DNA from: Mobula hypostoma
Taxonomy: Eukaryota
Assembly: GCF_963921235.1 (NCBI RefSeq)
Contig: NC_086097.1
Span: 69,442,001-69,506,000 of the forward strand
Reading direction: 5' to 3'
Length of the DNA: 64,000 nt
A model generated the notes under the pieces. The model was given only the letters and a program-made list of their open reading frames with translations, was not told where the DNA came from and searched no databases. Numbering within the stretch: the first letter of the stretch is position 1; each line of letters begins with the position of its first letter. Shown one piece after another: positions 30,795-43,885 of this stretch. Position numbers and translations under genes: made by a program.

Positions 30795-31468
30795 TTAGGT
30801 CAATATCGCAAATGACCTGACTTGGTCCAACCAAGCAGAGTCCACTGCCAAGAAGACCCACCAGCGCCTTTACTTCCTGAGAAAGCTAAAGAAATTTGGC
30901 CTGTCCCCTAAAACCCTCATTAATATTTATAGATGCACCCTAGAAAGCATTCTTCTAGGGTACATCACAACCTGCTATGGAAGTTGTCCTGTCCAAGACC
31001 GGAAGAAGCTGCAGAAGATCGTGAACACAGCCCAGCACATCACAAAAACCAATCTTCTGTCCTTGGACTCACTTTACACCGCATGCTGTTGACAGTGCTA
31101 CCAGGATAATCAAGGACACGACCCACCCAGCCAACAGACTTTTCGTCCCTCTTCCCTCCGGGAGAAGACTCAGGAGCTTGAAGACTCGTACGGTCAGATT
31201 TGGGAACAGCTTCTTTCCAACTGTGATAAGACTGCTCAATGGATCCTGACCCAGATCTGGGCCATACCCTCAAAATATCCGGACCTGCCTCTTGGTTTTT
31301 TTGCACTACCTTACTTTCCCTTTTCTATTTTTCATTTATGATTTATGATTTAAATTTTTAATATTTACTATCGATTTGTACTCTGGGGAGCGTGAAGCGC
31401 AGAATCAAATATCGCTGTGATGACTGTACGTTCTAGTATTAATTGTTTGGCGACAATAAAGTATAAAA
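30795..31468 (+). mobile_element. Rex1/Babar LINE 3' fragment, inserted in an older minus-strand Rex1 (about 30600-33090)
   Basis: Closely similar to 40290-40977; ends AATAAAGTATAAAAAA; ends approximate. Confidence 0.82.
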
Positions 31469-31670
31469 AAAATTATAAGTGGTCAAAGTGTTGCTAAACT
31501 GTAGTGATTACGGCTTTGGTAGTTGGTTCAAGAACCAAATGGTTGAAGGGAAGTTGCTGTTCTTGAACCTGTTGTTGTGGGGCTTCAGGCTTCTGTACCT
31601 TCTGCCCAGTGTTAGCTGTGAAAAGATGGCATGAACAGGATGGAGGGGGATCTTTGATAGAAATTGCATT

Positions 31671-32608
31671 TGTGACAGGATCCTGAATTACCCCTGTGAA
31701 CTGTGCTCGCTTACCCCTATTAACTGTGCTTTTGAAAAAAGAGAGAGAGAGACGAAGTCTAACTGTTGGACTGTCACTTTAAGGCACTAGAAGTAACTTT
31801 TGGATTTCTGCTGAGTTGGAGAGAGAGGTGGCACCGAGCCGCTCGTAAGTTGCTATGGTGACTGAAGGCGGTGTTATTTGATGGGCACTCGATGTTATGA
31901 TTTTCGGCGGCATGTTGATACTTCTCAAGGACTTTTGCCTGCTTGCATTTTTTACACGGAGAGGAAGGAGGAGTTATTTGAGTGACAGTTGGTGCTCAGC
32001 ATGGGAAGATAAAATAGGAGGTCAGATGATATAGACCTCAGTCACATGTTTTGGACACAATGAGCTTGGTTGTGCCCGTAGAAAAAGTGGGTTTTTGGAG
32101 GATTGATCAGGCAGATCGATCAGTTGCTCTTGCAGTGGAAAGGAAAGGGGTTGACTGGTGGGGAGTTGTCCATGTGTCCACCCTTGCCTGGGTGATAGCT
32201 CCACCACAGAAAACCGGTCCCCTTTGTTGTGGTCACAGTTGGAGATTTTGAAGGACAACGAGAAGATCGACGGCGTCAGCTTACCGGAAGACTCAAATCT
32301 CTCCCTCTCTCTCTCTCCATCACTATGCAACTCAATACCACAAACTGAACTGAACTGAACTTTACTCATCATCGTAAGACTGTATCTTTTTACCCCTAAA
32401 CTTAAGGAAACTTGGTTTTTCATACATATATTTCCACACTTACTGATATACTTATATATATAATCATTGCTAACCTGTTTGATTTATCTACATTTATATT
32501 ACTGTATTGCGTAGTTACTAATAAATATTACTAGTTTATAGCAATACTGGACTCCAAAGTGTTTTCCATCTCTGCTGGTTCTTTATTCCCATCACGGGGT
32601 ACGTGACA
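31671..32608 (+). mobile_element. Solo LTR (938 bp) related to the Gmr1-like element's LTRs
   Basis: TGTGACA..CGTGACA; flanks catt/cctt; 3' end (AATAAA..gactccaa..ccatctctgctggtt..acggggtacgtgaca) aligns by eye with the reverse complement of 18126-18220. Confidence 0.85.
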
Positions 32609-33244
32609 CCTTTTAGAGGTGGCACCTTCTGTAAATACTACCATTGGTGAGTAAGGATGTGCCACTAGGTAGTAGTCCACTGCTCTCTGCCGTTTTGTGC
32701 ATTCCTAAGCATTCAAATTGCCATACCAGACCATGATGCAGTCACTCAGAATACTGTCCATTGTATATCTCCAGAAGTCTGTTAGTGTTCGCTGATGGCC
32801 GAGCCGCCTTTATCTTCTTAGAGAGTAAAAATGGTGACGCACTTCCTTTGTGATTGCATCCAGGCCATGTAATCTGATATGTTGATGCCCATGAACTTAA
32901 AGGTGTTAGCTCTTTCCACTGCTGATTCCCCCAATATATATTGAAGCATATTCACCCTCCTTCTCCTCCCTGAAATCTACAATCAGCTCTTAAAGCTGAG
33001 TGAGAGGTTGTTTTTGCAGCACCACTCAAAGTGACCTATCTTGCTCCAGTACATTGACTCATCGTCACCTGTGGTTCATCCAACAACTGTAACAGTAACA
33101 GCTTTGGTGCACTGTAGTCCTATATAAGCTGCATTTTCAATATCCTGTCAATAGTAAAAACAAATCCTTCAGTTAAATACGTATTTAGTTATGTATGTTG
33201 TGTTCTTCAGATTTGACTAAAATTGTCTTTTATTACTTTAACAG

Positions 33245-33420
33245 TTAAAGCTGGGTGGTGTTTTGGGAGGTGGAAGCCTTGAACATGATCCTTTTAAGAT
33301 CTATGAAAGATTAGCAGATGGAGAACTTATACCAGTTCCTCTTCCTCCAGTATTGTCAGTGGTCAGAGCTGCAGTGGAACTTTTTGGAGTGATATTCCCT
33401 TATCTGGATATTAATCACAG
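33245..33420 (+). CDS. HEATR5A: HEATR5A exon (LKLGGVLGGGSLEHDPFKIYERLADGELIPVPLPPVLSV..LFGVIFPYLDINH)
   Basis: Translated by hand; ttaacAG / GTgatg; phase 0 to 2. Confidence 0.93.
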
Positions 33421-33830
33421 GTGATGATTTCTAGCATTTATGGCTTGGCTCTGTGTGTTGCATGTTTGGGCTCAAATCAAATCAAATCTCAGTAGTTCCT
33501 GATAAACCGTTGGTTTGCATTAGTATTTCTTTAATTATACTGCTTCTGAACACCTGTTTGCAAATGAGTTGTCAGTCCTTTGTCTTTTAACTTTGAATCT
33601 GTCGACATTTAATGGCAAATGCGTTGTAGTGAATATTATAACCTTCTGCAGTATTGTAGGATTGTGTTTGTCAATAGTGTACAGATGTTGAGAGAATAGA
33701 AAAGCAGATTGGAGACACCATTTGTGCATTTGTTTTAAAAATTGGGTTTTGGTTTGTTCTATCTTTTCTATAATCCACAGGTAACAGTCTATAATTGCGT
33801 TAAAACTTTGACAACTTCTTTTCCCTTAAG

Positions 33831-33936
33831 GGCACAGATACTGGAGCAATTTATCGAGTCCTTGAAGCACGCTAAAGGAGCAAAGCAACAAACTGTACAG
33901 ATAAATGTCTTTGCTGCATTCTGCTGTGGATTGAAG
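33831..33936 (+). CDS. HEATR5A: HEATR5A exon (AQILEQFIESLKHAKGAKQQTVQINVFAAFCCGLK)
   Basis: cccttaAG / GTagat; phase 2 to 0. Confidence 0.93.
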
Positions 33937-35269
33937 GTAGATTGACAGTTTCAATAATAATTGCTTAAGGTAAAGAACAGCTGGAATTGATGACTAATGT
34001 GAAATGATGGAAGTTTGAGCTGAATCAAATTCTAGCTATGGAAAAAAAAAAGTTCCTGCTGTTTTATGCTCATTGTCAATATATAACCACCAATGTGCAA
34101 CAAGCTCAAAGTATTCCATCTTCAGAAAGGATTATTATTCTTGGTATGTAATTAAGAAAAAGCATTAAGCTGTTAGATGTTACATGCTCTTCTAGTTTGA
34201 ATTTGCCTAAAATGAGGTATTAAATCTCTGTTACACATGTTGGCACTCACCTGAGAAGTTGAAAAAGTGTTTGTTCCATAGCGCTGTCATAGTGAGACAA
34301 AGCAGAAGTGCACAGTTGACATTGATTTAGAAGGAATGTTGTGCTTTAGAGTTTGCAAAATGAGCCTCTCATTTCTTGTCTATAGTTTCTCTGTCAACTC
34401 AATTGTCACTACTTTCAGAAAGCAACTCTTAACATAAAGCATTCCCTTTCCTTTCAAGTTTAATGGTACTCTCTCGAGATTACAACTTACAATTGTTTTT
34501 CAGTTATGTACTCTATTGTACTGGCCTTTCTATCAGATCTATGCTTATAAAATATTTAAGAATTCATCAAAATGATTTTTGCAAGTTACTGGTTGATTTT
34601 GTCAATGTTTGGATGCTACAAACTGCATTTTCATCACAGTTCTTTTATCGACGGGAATTAGTTCTTTTAATGTTAGTGTTTGTTTCCAGTAGGCAGTTGC
34701 TGTATCTTTTGTCGCTGTGTCAGAATTTTGTGGATTCACATTCCTCAAGTCTTTAACAAGTAAATGGAGGCTGCCACTAGTGCTGTGCTATGGATTGGCA
34801 AAGAAAATACATCTGTCCATTGAGATGGATGTGTAATATAAAGTGCTAGTACTGAGCCAAGAGATACGAAGTTCTCTCTGGTGTTCTCTGTGAGATTTAT
34901 CCATTTGTCCATACTCTTCCTGCAAATTGTGGGAAGGCAGAGATCTCCCTGATGACACATCTGTGAGATATACACCAAACTGTAGCTTCTTACAGACCAG
35001 GTCAAGGGAATGGATTTCGATGTACTCGGGACTATCTGGGAAGCTGAGAACCTCACAGATGAGACTTTTAGGAAGGTGGTCATACCTAAGGTACAGACTT
35101 AAGATAGATGAGTGACCTGGCTATTTGTCCATCCTGGTGGGTACAGTCTTTCATTGATTTTATTGTGTTTCTTGGACTTAGTGTCTATGCCCACAAGAAA
35201 ACAGATCTCAGGGTTTTATATGGTGACATATATGTACTTTGATAATAAATTTACTTTGAACAGAAGTCG

Positions 35270-35906
35270 TGCAATAAAGCAGTAGTCAGCAAGAGCAAGT
35301 GTACTAATCAGGATAGCTCACGACATGGTAATGACAGGGAAAACAATATTCAGTTAAACTGCATTTAATTTAATGCTGGAGATTTCACAGGCAAGACAGA
35401 CAAACTCAGAGCATAGGTTGGCTCTGAGGTCATAGCCATAATGGAAAGATGGCTGAAAGAAACACAGAACTGGCAACTCAATATCCCAGAATACAAATGC
35501 TACAAGTAAACAGGCCCATGTCAGCAAGAGGTAGAGGTAAGCAAGGGGTAGGTGTGGCCTTTTGATAAGGGAGAACGCAACAGCATACTGAGAGGTTACA
35601 TTCGTGAGGGATTTGTCCAGTGAGGTCATATCAGCAAGGGAACGGTCAGGATCACTCTATTGGAGCTGCATTATAGCCCCCCCCCCACCAATCAATAGTC
35701 ATTGGGTACTTCAGGACCAGGTGTGTAGAGAAATTTCTTGTAGTTGTAGGGATGATAGAATTGTATTAGGCGATTTTAGTTTCCCCACTGTTGACTGGGT
35801 CATCCAGAATCCAGGGGTGGAATTTGTAAAATGTGTCCAGGAAAGTTTCCTAAATCAAAATGCAGAGGGAAGGTACGTTACTGGACCTTCTCTTAAGAAA
35901 TAAGGT
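35270..35906 (+). mobile_element. CR1 LINE endonuclease-region remnant (host of the L1 stack)
   Basis: IVLGDFSFPTVDW..GVEFVKCVQESFLNQ; start approximate. Confidence 0.7.
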
Positions 35907-35911
35907 GGCGG

Positions 35912-35930
35912 ACTTCCGGTCAAGATGGCG
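35912..35930 (+). promoter_or_regulatory. Putative internal Pol II promoter motifs at the L1 5' end (ETS-like ACTTCCGG, YY1-like AAGATGGCG)
   Basis: Motifs at the very 5' end of the L1; a YY1 site at this position is established for mammalian L1. Confidence 0.5.
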
Positions 35931-36357
35931 ATGGTTTCGTTGCTAAAAGCTATCGCTCCATTCAATTTCTTATCTCCACAATCCTTCTCTCCCTTTTTTT
36001 TTACTCCAAACCGTTAAACTTTTTATTCTCCCTCCTGCCTGCGAATACGCCTGTTTTACAATGGCTTCAAAGACCACCAAATCGGGGGAAAAAAGAAGTT
36101 CCAGTGGTCGGCTTCTCGGGCAAAAACATTATCTCGATATTAGAGCAGCATTGACAGGAGATAATTACTGAATTTAAGTCTGCTTTCAGTTCGTTGGAAT
36201 TGAAATTGGATCGAATTAAATCCAAAGTGGAGGATCATGCTAAACGTTTATTACATCTCGAGTTTGCCACAGATGATTTAGACTGCTGTTTTAAAGAGTT
36301 GGAAAATGTTTGTTCCAGCTTGAGCGATCATAGCAGCAAGCTGGTATTCAAAGTTAC

Positions 36358-36531
36358 CCTTACAACACGCTGGAGGAACTCAGCAGGTCGGGCAGCATCC
36401 GTGGTAAAGATCGGACGACGTTTCGGGCCAGAACGTCAACCGATCTTTTCCACGGATGCTGCCCAACCTGCTGAGTTCCTCCAGCGTGTTGTGAGTGTTG
36501 CTTTGACCCCAGCATCTGCAAATTATTTTGT
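36358..36531 (+). mobile_element. Penelope-like inverted terminal-repeat insertion in L1 ORF1
   Basis: About 60-bp inverted arms (36362-36423, to 36492); 14-bp TSD gtattcaaagttac (36344-57, 36532-45). Confidence 0.85.
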
Positions 36532-37212
36532 GTATTCAAAGTTACAGACCTAGAAAGTGGGAGCAGACGTCAAAATCTACGTATTCTCGGCTTGCCAGAG
36601 TCTATCGAAAGTGGATCCCCCACTGAATTTTTCTCCACTTTGCTATGTGAGATTTTTGGGAACGATATACTTTCGACCCCACCCGCTCATCGTACCTTAG
36701 CGCCTAAACTGGAGCCGGGGCATAGGCCATGCCCGGTAATTATTTGGTTTCATTGCTACTAGATTAAAAATCTCTTGGTTAAAGAAGCCCGTCGGAGAGG
36801 GAAGTTGGAAAACAAGGGTCAATCAATTCGTGTTGTCAAGGACTATGCTCCCCAAGTTCTGAGTCTGCGAGCCAGGTATAAAGGAGTCATGAAAGAACTA
36901 TATAATCGCGGATTCAGGCCCTCCCTTCGATTTGCAGCTCGCCTCCTAATATCTCTTACTAGTGGAGGCAAAAAGTGGTTTAACTCGGCTACAGAAGCTC
37001 AGAAATTTATTGACAGCCTCCCTGTTACTTCAAGTCGTTCAGATTCAGTTTAATTACTTATACTGGTGGAGAAGTACTTTTTTTCTCCTTTTTTTTACCT
37101 GATCTTTCTTTCTTAAGTCAGTAAATTTTTTTTTCATAGTTTCTCGTGGGTAGGTCACTGGGTAAAGTCTGTTTACTTGTTTTTATATTTTTTCTTAAAT
37201 ACTAGTTCAAAT

Positions 37213-40200
37213 CTTTTTTTCATTTTAAAATTTTTATTATTATTAAAGATCAACAAAAAATACATTAGGGTAATCAAGTCAATATGTCAATAAGAACAAT
37301 GAAGAATTGAATTACCAAATAACTGATTAACAAAGCTAAACAATATATCAATAATAATAGTGTTAAGAATATTTTTTGAAAGATAAAAAGGAAAAAAAGA
37401 ACCCCTACTAACTAAAACAAAAAAAACCCATTGGGAGCACAACCCCGGAGCTATATGCCATGCAAGCTTCCATAAAAGAAAAACATCAATTCGCCAACTC
37501 AAATCCATTTAAACAAAAATCAGAAGGAAACCATCTTAGTTAACTCAAATCAGATGATAGTAGCGGGCAAATGAACCCCACCTTTTCTCAAAATCAAATC
37601 AAGGATCAGAAGTTCGACTTCTGATTTTCTCCAAACTAAGACATAGCATCACTTGAGAGAACCATTGTATCAAAGTGGGAGCAGAGGCATCTTTCCATTT
37701 CAACAAAATAGCCCTTCTGGCCAATAATGTAACAAATGCAATTACATGTTGGTCTGATAGAGAAATACCGTGAATATATTGAGGGATTATACCGAACAAA
37801 ACTGTCAATTTATTTGGTTGTAAATTAATTTTTAAAACTTTAGAAATTGTAGAGAAAATAGATTTCCAAAAATGTTTCAATACAGAACATGATCAAAGCA
37901 TATGTATCAATGTAGCTGTCTATCACACTGACTATCAACATTAGGAAACATTTTAGACAGTCTCTCCTTTGTGGAATAGTAACGATATACAATTTTAAAT
38001 TGAATTAAAGAGTGACTGGCAGAGATCGAAGAAGAGTTAACCAACTTCAAAACTCGCAACCAATCCTCTGTTATCAAGGTCATGTTAAGCTCTCTTTCCC
38101 AATCTTGCTTAATCTTAAGTGAAGGGTAACTGTGCTGTTGTAACAATAAAGTATAAATTTTCCCAATAGAACCTTTCATTTTAAAAATAATATCTAACAG
38201 GTCAGAATCCTGTATGTATGGAAAATTACTTAAATATTCTTGTAAGAGATGTCTGACCTGAAGATATTGCAGGAAATGTGAATACGAGAGAGAGTATTTA
38301 GTTACTAATTTCTCAAAAGACGTCAATCGGCCATCTTGGAACAGATCCATGAAGGAATAAACTCCTTTATTCCTCTAAAGAAGAAAGGTAGGATGACTTA
38401 ATGAAGGTTTAAATAAATAATTTCGATAAATTAAAGAAGTTTAAATTTTTTGAGATTAAAAGAATTATGAAACTGGTACCAAATTCGTAATGACTGCTTA
38501 ATCATAGGATATAAGTTTAGATTAGCAATTTTGACCATTTGGACAGGTAAAGAAGCTCCTAATAACGAGGTTAAGTGAAACTGTTTCACAGCTTTCAATT
38601 CCAAATCAGCCCAAGGTGGTCGTTCATTTTTATCAGCCCAGTATAACCAAGTACACATATAACGTATATTAACAGCCCAATAATACATTCTTAAATTAGG
38701 CAGGGCAAGACCTCCATCCTTTTTTAGTTTTTGTAAATGATATTTTCCAATTCTTGGTCTTTTATTATTCCAAACAAAAGATGAAATAATAGAATCAACC
38801 TGATCAAAAAACTTCTTCGTTTAAAAAAAAGGGATATTTTGAAATACATATAAAAAATTTTGGTAAAATCATCATTTTAACTGCATGAATTCGGCTGGCT
38901 AACGAAAGTGTAAGTGGATTCCATCTACAAAATAATTGCTTCATAAAATCCACTAAAGGAACCAAATTAGCTCTATAAAAGTCTCTATGATTTTTAGTGA
39001 TAATAATACCTAAATATTTAAAAGAGTCCGTAACTCTAAAAGGAATGTCATCATATACAGAAGCAGAATCATTTAGGGGAAATAATTCACTTTTATGAAG
39101 GCTTAGTTTATATCCCGAAAACTTTCCAAATTCATTTAATAGTTTCAATAAACTAGGAATGGATTCTTCAGGATTCAAAACATAAACTAAGAGATTGTCA
39201 GCATAAAGGGAGATCTTACGAATAGTCCCATTTGTGAAAATTCCATGGATATCTTGAGCTTCACCAAGTGCAATGGCCAAGGGTTCCAGCACCAAATTAA
39301 ATAACAAGGGACTTAACGGACATCCTTGTATCGTACCCCGCTAGAGTTGAAAAAAGGAGATCTGCAATTATTAGTAATAACAGTGCAATAGGACTTTTAT
39401 ATATCATTCTAATCTACTTATTAAAATTAATACCAAAGTCAAATTTGTCTAAAACATTAAAAAAGTATTTCCATTCAACTCTGTCAAATGCCTTTTCAGC
39501 ATCGAGAGAAACAACACATTGGGGAGTCTTAGAAAGGTATGAGTATATAACATTTAACAGTCTTCGAGTGTTAGAGAAGGAATAACGGCCCTTTACAAAA
39601 CCTGTTTGGTCCTGAGAGATAATTTTAGCTGGAATGTTCTCCAGTCGATTAGCCATTATTTTTGAAAGAATTTTAGCATCCACATTTAATAATGAAATAG
39701 GTCTATATGAAGCACAGGCAGTAGGGTCTTTATCTTAAGAATTAAAGAAATAGAAGCTTCATAAAATGTGGGAGGTAACTCTCCTATCAAAAGAGAATCT
39801 TTAAGTGTTTCCAACATATATAGAGAAAGAAATTTTTCAAATTTTTTATAAAATCCTACAGAATAACCATCCAATCCAGGACCTTTACCAGATTGCATTG
39901 AAAGAATAGCTTTCTGAATTTTGTTTTCAGTAATAGGAGTATCGAGCGTTTGTTGATGTTCAACAGAAATTTAAGGAAAATCAATCTTTTGTAGAAGGGC
40001 ATTCATTTTAGGACCAACTGGAAACTGAGATTTATGAAGTTCATTGTAAAAGTCTTGAAAAATTTTATTAATATCTTCATAATTACATGCTAAACTACTG
40101 TCTCCCTTAAGAATTCTTAAAATTTGTCTTTTGGTTCTAGCTGCTTTTAATTAAGACAATAATGAAGACAATAACCTATCCCTCAACGTCAGCAAGACGG

Positions 40201-43200
40201 AGGAATTGGTTGTTGACTTCAGAAGGAGTAGCGGACCGCACGACCCATTTTACATCGGTGGTATGCAAGTGGAACAGGTCAAAAGCTTTAAGTTCCTCGG
40301 GGTCAATATCACAAATGACCTGACTTGGTCCAACCAAGCAGAGTCCACTGCCAAGAAGGCCCACCGGCACCTTTACTTCCTGAGAAAAATAAAGAAATTT
40401 GGCCTGTCCCCTAAAACCCTCGCTAATTTTTATAGATGCACCATAAATAGCATTCTTCTAGGGTGCATCACAACCTGGATGGAAGTTGTCCTGTCCAAGA
40501 CTGGAAGAAGCTGCAGAAGATCGTGAACACGGCGCAACACATCACACAAACCAATTTTCAGTCCTTGGACTCACTTTACACCGCACACTGTCGGAGCAGT
40601 GCTGCCAGGATAATCAAGGACACGACCCACCCAGCCAACAGACTTTTCGTCCCTCTTCCCTCCCAGAGAAGGCTCAGGAGCTTGAAGACTCGTATGGCTA
40701 GATTTGGGAACAGCTTCTTTCCAACTGTGATAGACTGCTGAACGGATCCTGACCTGGATCTGGGCCGTATCCTCCAAATATCCAGACCTGCCTATCGGTT
40801 TTTTTTTTGCACTACCTTACTTTCCATTTTTCTATTTTCTATTTATGATTTATAATTTAAATTTTTAATATTTACTATCGATTTGTAATTCAGGGAGTGG
40901 GAAGCACAGAATCAAATATCGCTGTGATGATTGTACGTTTTAGTATCAATTATTTGGTGAGAATAAAGTATAAAGTATAATTGAGTTGCTAATAGCTTAT
41001 CATTTTTATCTCCAAACACATAAAATTGACTTTTCAATTTAAGCAAATTTCTTTCAATAGGATAAGTTAATAGTAAATTATATTGTGATTGGAGTTCAAC
41101 CCTTTGTTTAAATAAATCAATGTTAGGAGAGATTGCATAAATATTATCCGAGTCTTTAATTTGTTTTGAAATCTTATCTAACTCTATTTTTGTCTATTTC
41201 TTAAGCTTAGCTAAATAAGAGATTATCTGACCGTGCAAATATGCTTTATATGTATCCCATACAATCAATTTTGACATATCTCCCATATTGTTAAAAAGAA
41301 ATAAAATCTTTTATCTGAGTCCAATAAATTTGACAAAGTCCGAACTTTGTAGTAAATTTTCTGGAAAACGCCAAGGCAAATTTGCAATACTGTCATTATT
41401 CAATTCAAAAGTTAAGCTGAAAGGTGCATGATCTGAAACAACAATAGCATCATATTCACATTTCTGGACTTCGGACAAAAATCGGAAATCAGCTATAAAA
41501 TAATCGATTTTCGAATATTTTTTATGAACATGTGGGAAAAAAAATCTCTATCATTAGGATGTAGATGTCTCCAAACTTCAGCCAGGCCATAATCAATTAA
41601 AAAAGAATTAATAAGTGATGCAGAACAACTCGGAAGCTGCTGATTGGTTGAACTCTTGTCAATCAAAGGATTTAAACAACAGTTAAAATCACCACCCATG
41701 AACAACATATATTCATTTTAATCTGGCGATAAAGCAAATACATTTTTAAAAAAGGAAGGATCATCTACATTAGGTCCATATAGATTAACCAGGACAATTT
41801 TTTCTATTACAAATTGTTCCTTTAACAATTAAAAATCTACCATTAGTATCTGACACAATGTCTTCTTGGATAAATAGAATATTAAATTTAATAAAAATAG
41901 ATACTTCCTTTGTTTTATTTTGACAAGTGGCATGAAATTGAAGGCCCTTCCACATTTAAAAAAAATCTATTATGATTACCTGCTCTGATGTACGTTTCTT
42001 GAGCAAAAATAATTTTAAAAGTCTTTTTTCTCTGCATAGGATGATTCCAGCCACGTACATTTGAACTTATAATGTTTATCTGTTTAGCTACCATAAAATT
42101 TTTATTTTTTTTTAGCACATAAACACACGCATACCAACGCGGGCTGATCAAAACTGGCAGTGATAAGTATAACCATGTACAAAACATGCATGCTCCGGAT
42201 CTCTGTAATGGATAAAAACACAATAAAGAAAACCAAAATTGATCCTACAATGAATCCTATAGCTCAAAGCTAACCCCAGTCCTTCTACCACCCCGAAAAC
42301 CCGAAATTCGGCAAAAAAAAAGCCGAAATGCGTCCTCATACAAGTAAGAAAAGAGAAGCGGACTTCGTGAGCTGCCCGTTCTATAATAGTGATTTTAAAA
42401 GTTTTCCTTAATTCCTCCCCCCAGTTACAAAAAAAAGACACGGCTCTGAAATAAGAAAGCTGCGCAGAGGAAAAAAAGATGTTTATACTTAATCGCTAAA
42501 AATAAACTGGGGAATGCAAAAACAATCTCCAAAAACATCAAAACAATAAAATTAAACAAAGAGAAAACTGTCTATGTAATCTGTAACGAAGAAAAATCAG
42601 CGCCATTTTCCATTTAACTTACACGCCCAATAAAAAAAAGATTTTAGAAGAAAAACTAAAACTAATTATCTATCCACTAAGCACCCCCTTCTCTCTCTCT
42701 CTCTCTCCCTCTCTCTCTCTCTCGATATATATGTATTAAAAAGTCCTTATAAACTATGAAAACTATCACTTAATGAAAAAAAGGAGGATAGAAACAAATC
42801 ATCAAACCGTCCGCTGTCTAAATTCACTCAGTAAACCAAACAGATTTCAAAAAGTCATTCATCACTCACATCAACAAGTTCACATCATCTTTAAATGGTT
42901 CATCGATCAAAGGACATCTTCAACAAATCAGAAATCTTCAAAGCTTGTTTTCTTTCAGAAATAACAGTTATTCAGCAGACCTAAAGCCATTCAAACCTCA
43001 GCCAGTAACATAGTCCAATGCTGCTTTGGGATCCAGAAAAACGTGGAGTCGAATCTTTAGGAAATAATTTTAATCGGGCTGGATAGCGAAGTGATGGGAA
43101 TAATCCCTTATCATAGACTATCTTCATAGCTGGAACGAATTTGAACCACTGGTCCATAACTTCCCGTGGATAATCTTCATAAAAACGAATTTAAAAACTC

Positions 43201-43885
43201 TGCGTTTCCTTGCATATTTCATGATTGGGTCTATAACTTTGAAACAAAGAAAGCAGACCAAAACTGACCATGGTTTATTCGGATCTTGAGATTTCGAAGT
43301 GAAAATTCTATGCGCTCTTTCAATATCGGGAGGCTGAGGTAAAATATCCAAAAACAGAGATTGAAACAAATTAACAAAATAGTCCAATAAATCCTCGCTC
43401 TCAGATCCTTCCTTCAATCCAACAATTCGAATATTATTCCAACAAAATCTTGTTTCCAGAACGATAATCTTACGTTGAGACTGTTCCAAGTGAGCTGAAA
43501 TATCCGCTATCTGACGCATCGACTCTTTTAAGTTCAGAATTCAAGGAAATAATATTTTCCTCTACAAATTGAAAACTCTCTCGTCATGACTTCCTCTCAG
43601 AAGTGTTGTTATCTATTTTCTTGTCGCAAGCCATCAACGTACGTTCTAAATGCTCAGCCCAAACAGGCATATCCTCTGATTTTTCTTTCGAAGATTTTCC
43701 CTTTCCATTGCTGGATTCAGAGAGCTGCTTTCCACTTCTTAAAGATTGTGACATAATAACAACTATTCCCCTCTAAGATCCGACAAATAAAAGTTAAAAA
43801 TTCAGAGTTCAAACTGAGGAAGTGGAAGGATTAAACGCAGCCACACAATATGTGTGTCACTCCATTGGGCAGCAGGCGGAGTTTC
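37213..43885 (-). mobile_element. Near full-length L1-clade LINE (ORF1 ATG 43754; ORF2 about 42094-37545), decayed, in the inter-ORF region of the + strand L1
   Basis: ORF1 NNIRIVGLKEGSE..PDIERAHR; EN NVRGWNHP, GGDFN, SDHAP; RT DAKILSKIMANRL..DQTGF..SLDAEKAFDRVEW, QGCPLSP, LYADN; T-rich tail near 37213-37245; many stops and frameshifts. Confidence 0.92.
40153..40977 (+). mobile_element. Rex1/Babar LINE 3' fragment inserted in ORF2 of the minus-strand L1
   Basis: VVDFRR..SFKFLGVNITNDLTWS..LYFLRK; tail TAAAGTATAAAGTA; TSD TAATT (40148-52, 40978-82); removing it restores the L1 frame KLLATQLKAARTKRQI. Confidence 0.9.
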
